Shown here: piece after piece, positions 11,046 to 19,963 of the stretch | How the letters are laid out: each line of letters starts with the position of its first letter | How positions within the stretch are numbered: position 1 is the first letter of the stretch | Assembly: GCA_013288345.1 (NCBI GenBank) | Contig: JABDCA010000004.1 | Span: forward strand, 1,351-65,350 | DNA from: Bacteroidota bacterium | GTDB lineage: Bacteria > Bacteroidota > Bacteroidia > JABEUT01 | Length of the DNA stretch: 64,000 bases | Direction: 5' to 3' | Notes under the pieces: generated by a model | Told to the model about the DNA's origin: nothing | Database searches by the model: none | What the model saw: only the letters and a program-made list of their open reading frames with translations | Position numbers and translations under genes: made by a program

Positions 11046-11598
11046 TTATTTTCAGAATAGAGTTTATTCTTTCTTTTATCTGTTCGTTGGTATATTTAGG
11101 TAGAGTAATAACAGAGCTATTTGATTTAACATATAGCGATTTGCATTCTGTAAGTAAGCCTTGCTTTTGAGCAATGGCAAGCAATTCAAAAACAAGATCA
11201 CCTGAAGCAAACTCAGGCGAAAACGTTTCCACAAAAAAATCGCGTATTGGCCAGTGGCAGGTATGGTCGCCGTTGCCAAGAACAGGATACCGTTGGAAAG
11301 CCGCCTCGGCCCCCCTTAGTCCCCCCATCTGGGGGGATTGGTTTCCTTGCTTTATACCGACAAATAGAGTCGGTAGGGAATTCCTCCCGATAGCTTTAAG
11401 AAATTTATCTACCGGTTCAGCCACCTTAACCTTGCGTGCCGAAACAGAATAATATTTACCATCATCTATTAAAGCAATGTGAGGTGGAATATCATTGACA
11501 CCGGCTATAACAAGCCATAGTCCTTTATTCAATTCTTCGGTAGAAGAAAGAGAATTTACCTGGAGGGAGTAGCTTCTATTATTTTCTGTAAAAATCAC
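11038..11598 (-). CDS. hypothetical protein, possible permuted papain-like (His...Cys) fold
   Basis: PPHIAL and DHTC motifs; overlaps the cytochrome start; start uncertain because the ORF-track start at 11640 lies inside a repeat. Confidence 0.6.
   Translation of the reverse strand: MIFTENNRSYSLQVNSLSSTEELNKGLWLVIAGVNDIPPHIALIDDGKYYSVSARKVKVAEPVDKFLKAIGRNSLPTLFVGIKQGNQSPQMGGLRGAEAAFQRYPVLGNGDHTCHWPIRDFFVETFSPEFASGDLVFELLAIAQKQGLLTECKSLYVKSNSSVITLPKYTNEQIKERINSILKINE
11308..11337 (-). repeat. REP-like palindromic element inside a CDS
   Basis: minus strand TCCCCCCAGATGGGGGGACTAAGGGGGGCC; same architecture as 15759-15788. Confidence 0.7.
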
Positions 11599-11618
11599 CT
11601 GAATATCAATTAATTTAT

Positions 11619-11697
11619 TGCCACTAAAACACAAAGCCACAAAATCGCACCAAAAATTTAGTGTGTAGTTTATTAGTGATTTCGTGTTTTAGTGGCA
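11619..11697. repeat. intergenic element with 14-bp terminal inverted repeats
   Basis: TGCCACTAAAACAC (11619-32) / GTGTTTTAGTGGCA (11684-97). Confidence 0.75.
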
Positions 11698-11706
11698 TGT
11701 TTTATT

Positions 11707-12504
11707 TTAAATTTCTATTATCCCTGAATAGACCATTTTCACTGGCCCTTCGAGGTACACATCTTTAAAACCATTTTTGCTTTTGCTGAACCAAACCTTA
11801 AGCTTGCCCCCCATAGTCTGTAAATCGCAATGGTCCTTAGCGGTTGATTTATCTTTCTCAGCTAACACCAAAGCAGTTGCCACAGTGCCCGTACCGCAAG
11901 ACAAAGTTTCGTCCTCAACACCACGTTCGTAAGTTCGAAGCAGCGGAATATCTTTCTTTCTTAATTCAACAAAATTCACATTAATGCCTTCTTTTTTAAA
12001 ATCTTTACTGTTGCGTATTGCCCTACCCTGCTCTACTATATCGGACTGCATTACATTTTCAGCAAAAGTTACGTAGTGAGGAGAACCCGTATTAAGAATG
12101 AACTGTTCTTTCTTAGCCTCAACCTTAATCTTAACCTCATCAACATCTTTCATTTTCAGTTTAACCACTTCACCTTTTATCAATGCTTCATGGTCACCAT
12201 CAATAGCAAGGAAGTGTGCCTTGTTGCCCTTTATAACACCCATCTTTTTTGCAAAATGAGTTATGCATCTGCCGCCGTTACCACACATAGATGTAGGTTT
12301 GCCGTCGGCATTCACATAATACATTTCGAAATCATAGCCTTTCTTATTCTGTAATAACATAAGTCCATCGGCGCCAATACCAAAACGACGGTCGCATAAC
12401 TTCTCCCAAAGCTTGTAGTTGTTTGCCTTTAGCTTACCGTTGCGGTTATCTATAATAACGAAATCGTTACCGGTGCCCTCGTATTTATAAAACTTCAGTT
12501 TCAT
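11707..12504 (-). CDS. dapF: diaminopimelate epimerase
   Basis: GTGNDF, DRRFGIGADG, MCGNGGRC, NTGSPH, RTYERGVEDETLSCGTG. Confidence 0.96.
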   Translation of the reverse strand: MKLKFYKYEGTGNDFVIIDNRNGKLKANNYKLWEKLCDRRFGIGADGLMLLQNKKGYDFEMYYVNADGKPTSMCGNGGRCITHFAKKMGVIKGNKAHFLAIDGDHEALIKGEVVKLKMKDVDEVKIKVEAKKEQFILNTGSPHYVTFAENVMQSDIVEQGRAIRNSKDFKKEGINVNFVELRKKDIPLLRTYERGVEDETLSCGTGTVATALVLAEKDKSTAKDHCDLQTMGGKLKVWFSKSKNGFKDVYLEGPVKMVYSGIIEI

Positions 12505-13238
12505 AGGGTTATCTTTTTCAAAACTGTTTTATCCATCACCTTTTCAAATGGCTTGTAATCGTCGGTATACTCCACTTTATATACAATTTGATTCGACATC
12601 AGGTAGTACTCATCATCCCACTTTACCAATCGCAGAGCAGAGTTTGAATTCAAACCATACAATATTATTTTGCCCTTGCTCATTTTATATCCCTTGAAAT
12701 TCAAAGGCGATTGCCAAAACTCTATGCGATAAAAGTGCGGGTCACGTTCTTCTTCCACATCACTCATAGCTGCAATAACAGAATCTGATTTACGGTTCAC
12801 CTTATCGGTTTTACTTACAGAATCAACCGTATTAAGTGGAAGCGATTTTACGCTTACCAATTGGTTCGTCATTACTACAATGTTACTATCACGCCCTTCA
12901 AATACTACAGATGAGTCTATGTTATTGCCCAGGCTATCATCAGCTTCCTTTTTCTTTGCAGCAATAGAGTCGGCTTTTATGGCAGCAACAGGGGCTATAA
13001 CAGGAGTCTTAAAAAAGCCTTTAGAAGCAAGAGGGGCGGTTTTCTTATCATCCTTCAACTTGCCCTGTATACTATCCAGCCGTTGCGATATTTTATCCTG
13101 TGTGCTATTGATCTTGCGGATACTTGAATACAAGTCGCGGACAGGTTGCAGTATTTTCTGAATACCCACATCGAATACCACCACAATAGCTATACCAGCC
13201 AGTAATCCAACAATAAATATGGCAATCTTGTTTTTCAT
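12501..13238 (-). CDS. hypothetical membrane-anchored protein
   Basis: N-terminal TM helix; EFWQSPLNFKGYK block; 4-bp overlap with dapF. Confidence 0.75.
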   Translation of the reverse strand: MKNKIAIFIVGLLAGIAIVVVFDVGIQKILQPVRDLYSSIRKINSTQDKISQRLDSIQGKLKDDKKTAPLASKGFFKTPVIAPVAAIKADSIAAKKKEADDSLGNNIDSSVVFEGRDSNIVVMTNQLVSVKSLPLNTVDSVSKTDKVNRKSDSVIAAMSDVEEERDPHFYRIEFWQSPLNFKGYKMSKGKIILYGLNSNSALRLVKWDDEYYLMSNQIVYKVEYTDDYKPFEKVMDKTVLKKITL

Positions 13239-13415
13239 TCTACTTAGCTACACAATAAATTTCCGGTTGCAAAGTTAGCAAAGTCCCGCTGTTAATTATT
13301 GTTAAATATTTCAATGTTTAAAGGCTTCTTAGCGATATTTGCATCATGAACTTTATATGAAAGCGTAATGAATTACGAAGTAATCACGAATTCAAACAAT
13401 AAAACAAAAAGCGCC

Positions 13416-14888
13416 ATGAGTAAAACATTCAAAAAAATCATTTCAGTCTTCTCTATAGCATTGCTTGGAGGAGTTGCAGCAGTTGGAGTTGATCATTTTT
13501 ACATTCTGAAAGAGAACAAATGGGCAGCGGAATCTAATATTCGTAACCCCTTACCGGTAAAATTTGCAGGCCTTACTACTCCTGTTGCTGAAAGCGCAAT
13601 AAACTTTGTTTCGGCAGCACAAAAAACGGTGCCGGCTGTAGTAAATATCAAATCGAAGGTTGAAGTGCAGGACACACGAGGTAACTCTATGTGGGATTAT
13701 ATGTACGGCAACCAACGCCAGAATATGATACAGGGCATGGTGACAGGTTCGGGCGTGGTAGTATCGAATGATGGATATATTGTAACCAACAACCACGTTA
13801 TTGAAGATGCAGGTAGTATTGAAGTTACGCTTAGCGACAGACATACCTATACAGCCAAGGTTATAGGCAAAGACCCTGAAACCGATCTTGCTTTATTGAA
13901 GATAGATGCCACCAACCTGCCTTATATAGAATATGGCAATTCAGATGAAACACAAGTAGGCCAATGGGTGTTAGCAGTGGGCAACCCATACAACCTTACA
14001 TCTACCGTTACAGCCGGTATTATAAGCGCCAAAGGCCGCAATATTGATATTTTGCCTAATAATCCTTCAAAGAATATTTACCCTATAGAATCGTACCTGC
14101 AGACTGATGCTGCCGTTAACCCGGGTAACAGCGGTGGTGCTTTGGTAAATACCGACGGCCAACTGGTCGGTATTAACTCTGCCATTGCATCTAACACAGG
14201 TTCTTATACCGGTTATTCGTTTGCTATTCCGGTAAACCTTGTCCGCAAGGTAGTAGCCGATCTATTACAATACGGTACTGTACAACGTGCCTTTTTAGGT
14301 GTAACAATACGCACCGTTGATGCTGACATAGCCAAAACTGCCGGCTTAAGTAGCACCAGTGGTATTTATGTTGATGCACTTACTCCTAATGGTGCAGCAG
14401 AAAATGCAGGTATTAAGGAAGGCGATGTGATTATGAAGGTTGGCGACCAGGATGTGAACGATGTGGCTAGCCTTGAAGAGCAAATTGCCCGTATGAGGCC
14501 TGGTGATAAAGTGAATATAAGTGTAATACGCGATAACAAATCAGTTGAAATACCTGTATTGCTTCGTAATGTTGATGGCAATACCAATAAGGTAGCAGCA
14601 GCAGAAAGCCCTACCTCACTAAATGCGCTGGGAGCATCCTTCTCGGAAGCCAGCAAAGAAGAACTTCAAAAACTAGGACTCAATAACGGCGTTAAGGTGG
14701 TGGAACTGCAACAAGGTAAGCTCAGACAGATTGGTATACAGGAAGGCTTTATCATTACCAAGGTCGACCATCAGTCCGTAAGCAGTGCAACCGATATTGA
14801 GAAGATATTGAAGAACAAAACGGGCGGTATTTTGGTTGAGGGTATTTACCCGAATGGCACCAGGGCATACTATGCTTTTGGGGCTTAA
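13416..14888 (+). CDS. degP: Do/DegP (HtrA) serine protease with two PDZ domains
   Basis: GSGV, TNNHVI, DLALLK, QTDAAVNPGNSGG; ATG 13416 gives a clean signal peptide. Confidence 0.93.
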   Translation: MSKTFKKIISVFSIALLGGVAAVGVDHFYILKENKWAAESNIRNPLPVKFAGLTTPVAESAINFVSAAQKTVPAVVNIKSKVEVQDTRGNSMWDYMYGNQRQNMIQGMVTGSGVVVSNDGYIVTNNHVIEDAGSIEVTLSDRHTYTAKVIGKDPETDLALLKIDATNLPYIEYGNSDETQVGQWVLAVGNPYNLTSTVTAGIISAKGRNIDILPNNPSKNIYPIESYLQTDAAVNPGNSGGALVNTDGQLVGINSAIASNTGSYTGYSFAIPVNLVRKVVADLLQYGTVQRAFLGVTIRTVDADIAKTAGLSSTSGIYVDALTPNGAAENAGIKEGDVIMKVGDQDVNDVASLEEQIARMRPGDKVNISVIRDNKSVEIPVLLRNVDGNTNKVAAAESPTSLNALGASFSEASKEELQKLGLNNGVKVVELQQGKLRQIGIQEGFIITKVDHQSVSSATDIEKILKNKTGGILVEGIYPNGTRAYYAFGA

Positions 14889-14895
14889 TGCAAAT

Positions 14896-14976
14896 AGAGC
14901 GCTTATAACACTTATATATCTGATAATCAGATATTAATTATAATTAATCTTAATTATTAGGTATTATAAGCGCTCT
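14896..14976. repeat. nested AT-rich inverted repeat after degP
   Basis: AGAGCGCTTATAA (14896-908) / TTATAAGCGCTCT (14964-76), enclosing ATATCTGATAATCAGATAT and ATTAATTATAATTAAT. Confidence 0.7.
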
Positions 14977-15073
14977 GCTTGTTAATCATTAAATAGCCTG
15001 ATACTAAGCCACTTAAAATTTAGCCTCAAAAAAACCTATCAAAAGAGCCTTTTTTCGTATAAGTTTGCCGCCC

Positions 15074-15160
15074 CAAAAGAATTAAAGTATTGTGATTGCG
15101 AAATTTAGGTTTTGCTGTCATATGTTGAAGGCCCCCGGTTTTGCCACCGGGGGTTTCTTA
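15074..15160 (+). ncRNA. candidate small RNA
   Basis: -7 box TAAGTTTG (15060-67), no convincing ORF, terminator CCCCCGGT-N6-ACCGGGGG-TTTCTT (15132-59). Confidence 0.4.
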
Positions 15161-15163
15161 TTG

Positions 15164-15193
15164 GCCCACCTTTATCCTCCCAAAGGGAGGACT
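15164..15193 (-). repeat. REP-like element, left copy of inverted pair
   Basis: GCCCACCTTTATCCTCCCAAAGGGAGGACT; reverse complement matches 15759-88 at 28/30. Confidence 0.8.
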
Positions 15194-15247
15194 CTATATT
15201 AAAACATAGTTAATTTCAATTTACAAGAATTAAAATAACTTTGTCAC

Positions 15248-15718
15248 ATGACCAACCACTTCAAATATTTTTTGTGCCTACAGGCAATCCTCATTTACAA
15301 TATTACCGCCTTTGCACAGGCAAGTTCAACCAGTACTATAAAAGCAAAAAAGGACACTGTACTTGTGCCTACAACAACCGAAGTTCGTCCTACTTCTAAC
15401 CCAAACCAGATTTATACTTTAGTCGAAAAAATGCCTGCTTTTTCAGGCGATCTAAATAAATATCTATCAGAGAACCTTCAGTACCCTGATTCGGAAAAGA
15501 ATGAAACGATACAAGGCACAGTTTATGTTAATTTCATTGTTGAAATGGATGGTTCTATTACTAACATAAAAATCTTAAAGGGCATTCCTCATGGCCGGAG
15601 GCTTGATAATGAAGCTGTTCGAGTTATATCCGCCATGCCTAAATGGTCAGCGGGTATTCAAAATGGCCAACCTGTAAGAGTATCTTATAACCTGCTAATT
15701 CGTTTCTCTCTAAATTAG
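15248..15718 (+). CDS. TonB C-terminal domain protein (energy transducer TonB-like, with signal peptide)
   Basis: VEKMPAF, LQYP, QGTVYVNFIVEMDGSI, EAVRVISAMPKW, GQPVRV. Confidence 0.88.
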   Translation: MTNHFKYFLCLQAILIYNITAFAQASSTSTIKAKKDTVLVPTTTEVRPTSNPNQIYTLVEKMPAFSGDLNKYLSENLQYPDSEKNETIQGTVYVNFIVEMDGSITNIKILKGIPHGRRLDNEAVRVISAMPKWSAGIQNGQPVRVSYNLLIRFSLN

Positions 15719-15758
15719 CCCTTGTAAAAGGGAACTCTCATTGACGTTAGTGGCTTTA

Positions 15759-15788
15759 AGTCCTCCCTTTGGGAGGATTTAGGTGGGC
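15759..15788 (+). repeat. REP-like element, right copy of inverted pair
   Basis: AGTCCTCCCTTTGGGAGGATTTAGGTGGGC. Confidence 0.8.
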
Positions 15789-15790
15789 TT

Positions 15791-16519
15791 CTACTTTTTC
15801 TTCTTCACCTGAATACGAACAAACTCCACTAAAAATACTGCAAAGAATACTATGTAAATGTACTTCTTTGGTAGCTCAATATGGAAGGCAGAGAATACGA
15901 GTAATAAGCCTACCATAATAATAAAGCTAAGTGCAAGTATTTTTATAGAAGGGTATTTATTTATAAAGCTACTTATTTTGCCCGATAACCACAGCATAAA
16001 CACCATACCTATAACAATAGCCAGAGCCATTATCACAAAGTTTTGCAATAAGCCTATTGCTGTAAATATCGAATCGAATGAAAAAAGCACATCAACCATT
16101 ACAATTTGCGCTATAGCATTGCGGAACTTCAATGCTGTTTTGGCTGCAGGTTTATCACTCACGCCGCCCTTAAGGTGTTCCCGCAATTCAGTCATGGTAC
16201 TCCATGCCAGGTAGCCACCGCCAACAAAAAACAAAACATCTCTTACTGAAAGGTCGAAACCCGAAAAACTCCAAAGGGTATTGGTACTTCGTGCTAACCA
16301 TACCAGCCCGAAAAGCATAATAAGGCGCATAACCAGGGCAAGTGTTAAACCGATAGTCCTTGCAGCTAATCTGTTCCGTTCAGGCAATTTGGCAATAACC
16401 AACGAAATGAATATTATGTTATCAATACCCAATACCAATTCAAGCACTGCAAGCACCAACAGGCTTGCAAGTCCGTGCAATGTAAATAAAGCTTGAAATT
16501 GTTCTGCTGCATTCATCAT
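15791..16519 (-). CDS. TerC-family membrane protein
   Basis: LELVLGIDNIIFIS, QIVMVDVLFSFDSIFTAIG. Confidence 0.92.
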   Translation of the reverse strand: MMNAAEQFQALFTLHGLASLLVLAVLELVLGIDNIIFISLVIAKLPERNRLAARTIGLTLALVMRLIMLFGLVWLARSTNTLWSFSGFDLSVRDVLFFVGGGYLAWSTMTELREHLKGGVSDKPAAKTALKFRNAIAQIVMVDVLFSFDSIFTAIGLLQNFVIMALAIVIGMVFMLWLSGKISSFINKYPSIKILALSFIIMVGLLLVFSAFHIELPKKYIYIVFFAVFLVEFVRIQVKKKK

Positions 16520-16542
16520 TACACAAAAGTACATTAATTAGG

Positions 16543-16661
16543 AGTTATGAATTATGAGCCATAAGTTATGAGTAAAAGCTTTGCGAACTTTGCGTGTTTT
16601 TAGCTTTGCGCTCTTTGCGTGAAAATGAATTAATAAAGTCTTCGACAGGCTCAGACCGACA
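16543..16661. repeat. mosaic of short intergenic repeats
   Basis: TTATGA repeats, four CTTTGCG copies (16579-620), CTTCGACAGGCTCAGACCGACA (16640-61). Confidence 0.6.
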
Positions 16662-16747
16662 AGTGTGGTAAAAAACAAATAAAGTAATCTCAAATCTCTT
16701 CCGTCCTACTTCATAATTCTACTATACATTTGCAGCAATCTACTATT

Positions 16748-19117
16748 ATGAGGAAAGCTACCGTATTAACAACTCTTGCCCTACTCCTCTCTCTTATTGT
16801 TTCAGCGCAAAACGGCTTTCAAAAAATACACGGTGTTGTTACCGATGGCCAATCACAATCGCCATTACCGGGCGTTACAGTGCAGGTACTTAACTCCGAT
16901 TCAATAATAGGCACATCTACCGATGGCGATGGAAGGTTTGTTTTAACCCATGTGCCCATAGGGCACGTTAGCCTTGGTTTTTCGTTTATGGGCTATAAGC
17001 CCGTTATGCTTAACAATATTGTTTTAGACATTGGCAAAGAAGGCAGCGTGAACGTGAGTATGGAAGAGTATGTTGATTCGCTGAAAGAAGTAGTGATACA
17101 CTCTTCTGCCGGAAAAGACAAACAAAACCCTTTGAACGAAATGAGTACGGTGAGTGCCCGACAATTTTCTCCCGATGATGCCAGTCGCTATGCCGGTGCA
17201 TTATTTGATCCATCGCGCATGGCGACAAACTTTGCAGGTGTTGGTGCTGCAAATGATACCCGCAACGATATTGTAATACGCGGCAATTCGCCATTGGGCC
17301 TGTTGTGGAGGCTAGACGGAGTGAATATTCCTAACCCTAATCACTTCGGCACACAAGGCTCTACAGGCGGGCCAGTAAGCATATTGAACAACAACCTGCT
17401 CGACCAGAGTGATTTCATGACCGGCGCATTCCCTGCTGAATATGGCAATGCCATGGCAGGTGTATTCGACTTAAAGCTACGCAATGGCAATAGCGAAAGG
17501 AGTGAGTTTACAGGCCAATTTGGCTTTAATGGCGCTGAGCTGGAAGCTGAAGGGCCATTCTCTAAAAATTCTGCAGCCTCCTATATTGTCGATTACCGCT
17601 ATTCAACCCTTGCTGTATTTAATTTACTAGGCATTAATTTTGGTTATGCCGAAATTCCGCAATACCAGGATCTGTCGTTTAAAGTGAATATACCTATGGG
17701 CATTAAATACGGAACCATATCTATATTCGGCCTTGGCGGCCCTAGCTTTGCTGATGTATTGGCTAAAGACCAGGGTAAAAATTCATTTAACCTTACCCCT
17801 TTTAACGAAGACACTTACTTCAACTCGAACATGGGTGCAGTTGGTATTTCATACAAACTGTTCTTTAATGAAAACACATCGCAAACCATATCCTATGCTG
17901 TATCGGGTATTCAGAACACGATTAAGATAGATACTAATTACAACAACACGCAAAAAATTACTTACGGCGAAGACAATGTAGATATTGTTTCATCCCTTTC
18001 ATACATCATCAATAAAAAAATCAATCCGAAGAATACGTTGAAGCTGGGCTTAATGGCAGATATATACAATTCGAATTACATGGATAGCGCTTTAATAGAT
18101 AGTGTTTACAAGTTTGGCAGCAAGTTTAAAGCAACCAACACACTTATACAGACTTATTTAGAGTGGCAACATAAATTCACCGATAATGTGGTGTTAAATG
18201 CAGGCATACACTACCAGGACTTTTTGATAAATAAAAACAGCCAGGCTTTTGAACCGCGAGTTGGTATACGATGGAACTTTGCACCCAAACAGTCTATTGC
18301 ACTTGCAACCGGCTTGCACAGCGAAATATTACCTATTAGCGTTTACTATTATCAAAGCCAGTTAAGCAATGGCGATTATGCTTTAACCAATAAAGGCCTT
18401 GGCTTTGAAAAGAGCGCCCATATTGTACTTGCCTACGATTACGCCTTTTTGCCGGGCTGGCGCATGAAGGTTGAAACCTATTATCAGCAATTATACAACA
18501 TTCCGGTAGAGACAAAACCAAGCTCCTACTCTACGCTGAACATAGGTGCATCATACTACGATGCACCCTACGACAGCCTTGTAAATAATGGCACAGGCCA
18601 AAACTACGGCGCTGAATTAACGATTGAAAAATTCTTTAATAAAACATATTACGTATTGCTTACGGCTTCGTTGTACGAATCGAAATACAAAGGCAGCGAT
18701 GGTATTGAAAGGAACACAGCATTTAACGGCAACTATACATTCAATGCATTGAGCGGAGGCGATATTAATTTGGGCCACTCTAAACGCAATGCCATATCTG
18801 TAAGCGCTAAAATAAACTATGCAGGCGGCAAACGCTACGTGTCATTAGATGCAAATGCAAGTGAGATTGAGCATATACCCATTTATGATTACTCAAATGC
18901 TTATGCAAACCAGTACCCGGCCTATTCGCGCGTCGATTTTAAAGTAGGATTTAAGCACAATGGTAAAAAAGTAACTCAGGAATGGTCATTTGAAGCACAA
19001 AATATATTCAACCAAAAAAATATTTACCAGCAAGTTTATAATCCTAATACTAACTCGCTAGAAACTGATTATCAATTAGGTTTTTTTCCCATAGGTTCCT
19101 ACAAAATAACGTTTTAG
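16748..19117 (+). CDS. TonB-dependent receptor with carboxypeptidase-regulatory-like N-domain
   Basis: signal peptide, PLPGVTV, NDIVIRGNSP, GVNIPNPNHF plug, GAFPAEYGNA, terminal F. Confidence 0.92.
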   Translation: MRKATVLTTLALLLSLIVSAQNGFQKIHGVVTDGQSQSPLPGVTVQVLNSDSIIGTSTDGDGRFVLTHVPIGHVSLGFSFMGYKPVMLNNIVLDIGKEGSVNVSMEEYVDSLKEVVIHSSAGKDKQNPLNEMSTVSARQFSPDDASRYAGALFDPSRMATNFAGVGAANDTRNDIVIRGNSPLGLLWRLDGVNIPNPNHFGTQGSTGGPVSILNNNLLDQSDFMTGAFPAEYGNAMAGVFDLKLRNGNSERSEFTGQFGFNGAELEAEGPFSKNSAASYIVDYRYSTLAVFNLLGINFGYAEIPQYQDLSFKVNIPMGIKYGTISIFGLGGPSFADVLAKDQGKNSFNLTPFNEDTYFNSNMGAVGISYKLFFNENTSQTISYAVSGIQNTIKIDTNYNNTQKITYGEDNVDIVSSLSYIINKKINPKNTLKLGLMADIYNSNYMDSALIDSVYKFGSKFKATNTLIQTYLEWQHKFTDNVVLNAGIHYQDFLINKNSQAFEPRVGIRWNFAPKQSIALATGLHSEILPISVYYYQSQLSNGDYALTNKGLGFEKSAHIVLAYDYAFLPGWRMKVETYYQQLYNIPVETKPSSYSTLNIGASYYDAPYDSLVNNGTGQNYGAELTIEKFFNKTYYVLLTASLYESKYKGSDGIERNTAFNGNYTFNALSGGDINLGHSKRNAISVSAKINYAGGKRYVSLDANASEIEHIPIYDYSNAYANQYPAYSRVDFKVGFKHNGKKVTQEWSFEAQNIFNQKNIYQQVYNPNTNSLETDYQLGFFPIGSYKITF

Positions 19118-19174
19118 GTTATTTTAACACTTAGCTCTTTTTTTGTATTAAAATAATTCATAGCTTTGTTTTAG

Positions 19175-19290
19175 AATGTTAATCTGATAGCTTTTACAGC
19201 ATTAAATAATGCTCTTCTTTGAGTGGTGGAAGAGCAAGAATGGCCGGAGACCCAGAAAACGAACTTTTCTACTCCGGCCTATTTTTTTTT
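19175..19290 (+). ncRNA. candidate small RNA
   Basis: -7 TAGCTTTG (19161-68); hairpin TGCTCTTC/GAAGAGCA (19210-36); terminator GGCCGGAG...CTCCGGCC plus T-run (19242-90). Confidence 0.45.
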
Positions 19291-19320
19291 GAAAACATTG
19301 CCACTAATTCACAACAGCCT

Positions 19321-19415
19321 GCCACAGATTCACAGATTACTTTCTTCTTATTGTTAATGACAAGATTTTAAAAGACATTCTATTTAAATCATAAATAATC
19401 TGCGAATCTGTGGCT
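19321..19415. repeat. intergenic element with ~18-bp terminal inverted repeats
   Basis: GCCACAGATTCACAGATT / AATCTGCGAATCTGTGGC. Confidence 0.7.
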
Positions 19416-19541
19416 ATTTTTTCTTTAATTTCTTGTCTTTTTATCATTTAATCTCTGAGGCGATTCGATTCGAATTTCATTAATAGCTTCTTTTAATAAA
19501 AATTTATTGTTTGATTATCAATGAATTACAATTTATTTTAG

Positions 19542-19560
19542 TACTATGTATTGCATAGTA
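19542..19560. promoter_or_regulatory. putative PadR operator
   Basis: TACTATG-N5-CATAGTA palindrome just upstream of -7 box TATCTTTG and padR. Confidence 0.65.
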
Positions 19561-19609
19561 TTAAAATATCCACATATCTTTGCAATGTCAAATACTAAAA
19601 TATACTCCT

Positions 19610-19954
19610 ATGGAAATAGAAAACACAAAAGCGCAAATGAGAAAGGGAGTTCTCGAGTTTTGCATACTCTGCATATTATCCGAAAAAGATGCTTACCCAT
19701 CGGAGATAATAGAAGCCATGAAAAATGCAAAGCTCATTGTTGTAGAAGGAACCCTCTACCCTCTTTTAATGCGTTTAAAAAACGAAGGCCAATTAGGTTA
19801 CGAATGGAAAGAATCTACTTCGGGGCCGCCACGTAAGTACTACAAGCTTACACCAGCCGGGAAAGAGTTTTTAAACGGACTGCATACATCGTGGCAGGAA
19901 CTGGTAGACTCGGTAAACCAAATTGCAAAACAATATTCACCTAACACCCTATAA
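19610..19954 (+). CDS. PadR-family transcriptional regulator
   Basis: QMRKGVLEFCIL, EGTLYPLLMRL, GPPRKYY. Confidence 0.93.
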   Translation: MEIENTKAQMRKGVLEFCILCILSEKDAYPSEIIEAMKNAKLIVVEGTLYPLLMRLKNEGQLGYEWKESTSGPPRKYYKLTPAGKEFLNGLHTSWQELVDSVNQIAKQYSPNTL

Positions 19955-19963
19955 CCAACAACC

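Noticed and set aside
11599-11640. N-terminal extension MALCFSGN of the 11038 ORF
   Set aside because: Translates an intergenic inverted-repeat element; the real start is probably downstream
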